Source: Eledone cirrhosa
Taxonomy: Eukaryota
DNA length: 64,000 nt
NCBI GenBank assembly: GCA_964016885.1
Contig: OZ024740.1
Location: forward strand, 227,664,001 to 227,728,000
Reading direction: 5' to 3'
Shown here: piece after piece, positions 1 through 64,000 of the stretch
Layout: each line of letters opens with the position of its first letter
Position numbering within the stretch: the first letter of the stretch is position 1
The notes under the pieces: generated by a model
The model's input: only the letters and a program-made list of their open reading frames with translations
What the model was told of the DNA's origin: nothing
Databases searched by the model: none
Made by a program: the position numbers and the translations under genes

Positions 1-268
1 GATTTCTACAGCTGGATGCCCTTCCTAACACCAACCTCATTTACAGTGAGTGCTGGGTGCTTTTTTGCCGTGGCACCTCCACGACCACTTTGTAGTGGAA
101 TGATAGGGACCCCAGTCCCTATCATCTCATTTTTACAGCTGAGTAAACTGGAGCAATGTGAAATAAAGTGTCTTGCTCAAGGAAACAACATATCACCTGG
201 TCTGAGAATTGAATTCACAACCTTTCGATTGCAAGGCCAATGCTCTAACCACTAAGCCATGTGCCTCC
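1..268 (-). mobile_element. tRNA-derived composite SINE (family A), cut by the window edge
   Basis: Reverse complement has A box TGGCTTAGTGG, B-box-like GAATTCAATTC and CORE-like ccttgagcaagacactt. Near-identical to 47862-48166 and 49295-49636. Confidence 0.85.
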
Positions 269-303
<35 letters not shown>

Positions 304-562
304 CATTACATTTCACAGGAGAGCGAGCATGTCTGACCATTAATAAGAGTTGACAAAATCTGAGATTCATACCTCATAACAGGTTTATTTTATATTTGGT
401 GAGGTAAGGGAGTGATTGAGAGAGGGAACCAGCAGGCGCGTATACAGTGTGTGTGTGTGCGTGTGTGTGTGTGTGGGTCTCAGGTTCAATTGGGGGTAAC
501 CACAGTAAGTAAGGTACTCAATACATTAGTAGAGTGTATGCAACAAAATTTAATATCGAAAT

Positions 563-615
563 GGCTTCTACAGAACTAGAACTGTTTCATTTGAAGGAAA
601 TCATAAGGAAAAGCC
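563..615 (-). ncRNA. Degenerate type I hammerhead ribozyme-like motif (Penelope-like relic)
   Basis: GGCTTTTC-CTTATGA-tttccttcaaat-GAAA-CAG(ttctagtt)CTG-TA-GAAGCC, followed by ATTAAA. Core G5 is mutated. Confidence 0.5.
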
Positions 616-864
616 CTGGAATACATCTACTGCCGCGACTCACCATAGTGTAAATTTTCACGCGTGCATAGATTAAGCAACCAAGTAACTATGGCTATGC
701 TGGGGCACCATCTTAAATGGCTTCTAGTAGATCATATCAACCATAGTACTTATTTTTTTATAGTAGTTGGCATTAAGAAAGACATGTCCATCTGACATGT
801 CTGGTCTCAGAACATCACAACCTGTCCACCCACAATGCAAGCATGCAAACTGGTGATGATGACA

Positions 865-908
<44 letters not shown>

Positions 909-1307
909 TATATGTGTGTGTCATCATCATCATCATTTAACATCCGATCTCTCTGCTAGCAAGAGTTGGAAGGGTCTTCACAGACAAGGTCAGTACTGAA
1001 GCATAGCTACTGACCTCATAGACAGACTGGGGTCTGCACCCTGCTTACATAAGCTCTTACACTCTATCACATGCATTTTATCCTGTCACCAGCACTAGAG
1101 AAGTTGTCATGTCGTTGACACAACTGAAGGGTTCTCCCATCCTTTTGTTTGACAAGCTTTCTACAGCTGGATGCCCTTACTATCACCAACAACTTTACAG
1201 CATGCACTGAGTGCATTTATTGTGTAGATCACCAAAACTGGAGAGATTGTCATGTCTTTGACACAACTGAAGGGTCCTCCTAACGTTTGATTTGGCAGCA
1301 GACATAC

Positions 1308-62322
<61,015 letters not shown>

Positions 62323-62712
62323 AATTTCCTGGAAAGGAAAAAAGAACAAACACATTTTTGAAATTTGAAACTTAAGTAATACAAAAAAAAAAATGAGGAC
62401 AAAAACTAATATATATTTTTGTTTAGAAAAAAAAGGAAAATGACAGAAATTGAAAGAAAAAAAAGAAAATCTTTAAAATTACAAACAAAACTTGAAAATC
62501 TATTTTCACTGAAGAAAATTTGCAAACATATGCTTATTTATTTGAAATACAACTGTACCGTTCATCATAAATATGGTAATAAGAGAGTTTTAAGCCCTTC
62601 ATTACCATATTTCTAATGAAAAACACTGCCTATTACTTTCAATTAATTTTTAAAATAGTAAAAAAAAAAAAATGTGGTGGGGATTTTGTGAACTAACTTT
62701 CTCCTTATTTAC

Positions 62713-62973
62713 CTGGTGTTGGGCCATAAACTTGAATATATATTTTTTTTTAAATGATTGTTACAGCTACAATGTAATTGATAAGTCTTCTGTTGGGCCT
62801 CCAAGAGAAAATTTGCAAATTGAACAAAGAGGACCTCCCCCTCTCCACTAAGGAGAGAGGGAGGTCTTCTTAAAATTCTTAGCGAGAGGGGTGAGATTTT
62901 TTTCATTTTAGATGTTCTCTCAAATATCCACACATCCCTAATTGGTTCTCTGAGCCACAGATTGAAATATTAG
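62713..62973 (-). other. JARID2: Putative upstream exon of JARID2, mostly 5' UTR, possibly supplying start MAQHQ
   Basis: Unique sequence bounded by ttttcag (62974-75) and CAG|gtaaat (62712). ATG GCC CAA CAC CAG (62727-62713) is in frame with the next exon. No homology support. Confidence 0.42.
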
Positions 62974-63299
62974 CTGAAAACCCTTCATATAGGCTTTTCT
63001 ATTAGGGCTTCCCTGGACTAAATAATAACAACAACCAATATACAGTAAATCCAACAGTCTTTAACCTTTTAGCATTTAAACTGGCTGTATCCAGCCAGAA
63101 TTCTCTCACCTCTTTCTGTTCAAAACAGCTGTGGACTGGAGGAACGTGAAGTAAAGTGACATTAAGGTATTGTTCTCAAAATAAATAATATGGAAATCTT
63201 GTAGATTTGATATTATGTGAGATAATTATGAAGTAAAGCCATTACCGTGAAAATATAATAGTAAATATAGTTATGTAAATGCTAAAGAGTTAAAGAATG

Positions 63300-63930
63300 T
63301 AGGCGCTTGGCTTAATGGCAAGGAATGCTTGGCTCATAAGAATAAAACCATGAGTTCAATTCCCAGAAGTGTGTTGTGTCCTTCAGCAAGGCACTTTTAT
63401 TTCACATTCCTCCAGTCCACTGTACCCTTGAACAAGACATTTTATTTCACATTGCTCCAGTCCACTATATCCTTGAGCAAGACATTTTATTTCACGTTCC
63501 TCCAGTCAACTGTGTCCTTGAGCAAGACACTTTATTTCACATTCCTCCAGTCCTGTGTCTTTGAGCAAGACACTTTATTTCACGTTCCTCCAGTCCACTG
63601 TATCTTTGAGCATGACACTTTATTGCACGTTCCTCCAATCCTGTGTCCTTGAGCAAGACACTTTATTTCACGTTCCTCCAGTCCACTGTATCTTTGAGCA
63701 TGACACTTTATTGCACGTTCCTCCAATCCTGTGTCCTTGAGCAAGACACTTTATTTCACGTTCCTCCAGTCCACTGTATCTTTGAGCATGACACTTTATT
63801 GCACGTTCCTCCAATCCACTCAGCTGACAAAAATGGGTTGTACCTGTGATTGAAAGGACCAGCCTTGTCACAAACTGTCATGCTGAATCTTTCCCTAAGA
63901 TCTACATTAAAAGGTACCAGTGTCTGTTAT
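63300..63930 (+). repeat. SINE with its CORE-like block amplified about 10 times (45+43-bp higher-order repeat)
   Basis: tRNA-like head at 63300-63370, tandem tgtgtccttgagcaagacactttatttcacgttcctccagtc units, then the normal SINE 3' part. Confidence 0.88.
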
Positions 63931-64000
63931 ACTTTGTTATAAATATTGTCACACATATAGTGATACAATGGGTAGTACTATATCACTTTACCCTCAGAAG

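Noticed and set aside
270-1300. Next JARID2 exon (expected EYW...GSGFP-like segment)
   Set aside because: No matching frame with splice sites found; presumably left of the window.

Overview
AT-rich animal genomic DNA. The repeat landscape (tRNA-derived Meta/CORE-like SINEs, RTE-type LINEs with (GAT)n tails, TA/CA microsatellites) suggests an octopod cephalopod; this is an inference. The window lies almost entirely within a minus-strand JARID2 (Jumonji, PRC2.2 accessory subunit) gene. I assembled 12 GT-AG coding exons with consistent phases (62322 down to 1308; 3219 nt, 1073 codons). They encode a polyH/polyQ leader plus RPKRN, the UIM, the QRKFAQ (K116-equivalent) motif, the [16 protein letters not shown]2-binding motif, a long basic linker, JmjN, ARID and the pre-JmjC segment; JmjC and the zinc finger should lie left of the window. 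The 39-kb intron holds a CpG-retaining island with a candidate alternative first exon. Introns are packed with SINEs, RTE/RTE-X, CR1 and CRE LINE remnants, Helitrons and piggyBac-, Tc1/mariner- and hAT-type MITEs. The most unusual signals are: hammerhead-ribozyme-like motifs in sense orientation to the pre-mRNA; a G-U-stabilised ~70-nt intronic hairpin; long fold-back palindromes; near-identical inverted SINE pairs; and a PHD-carrying LINE whose 3' tail is shared by a composite SINE family. Repeat boundaries are approximate unless TSDs are quoted.
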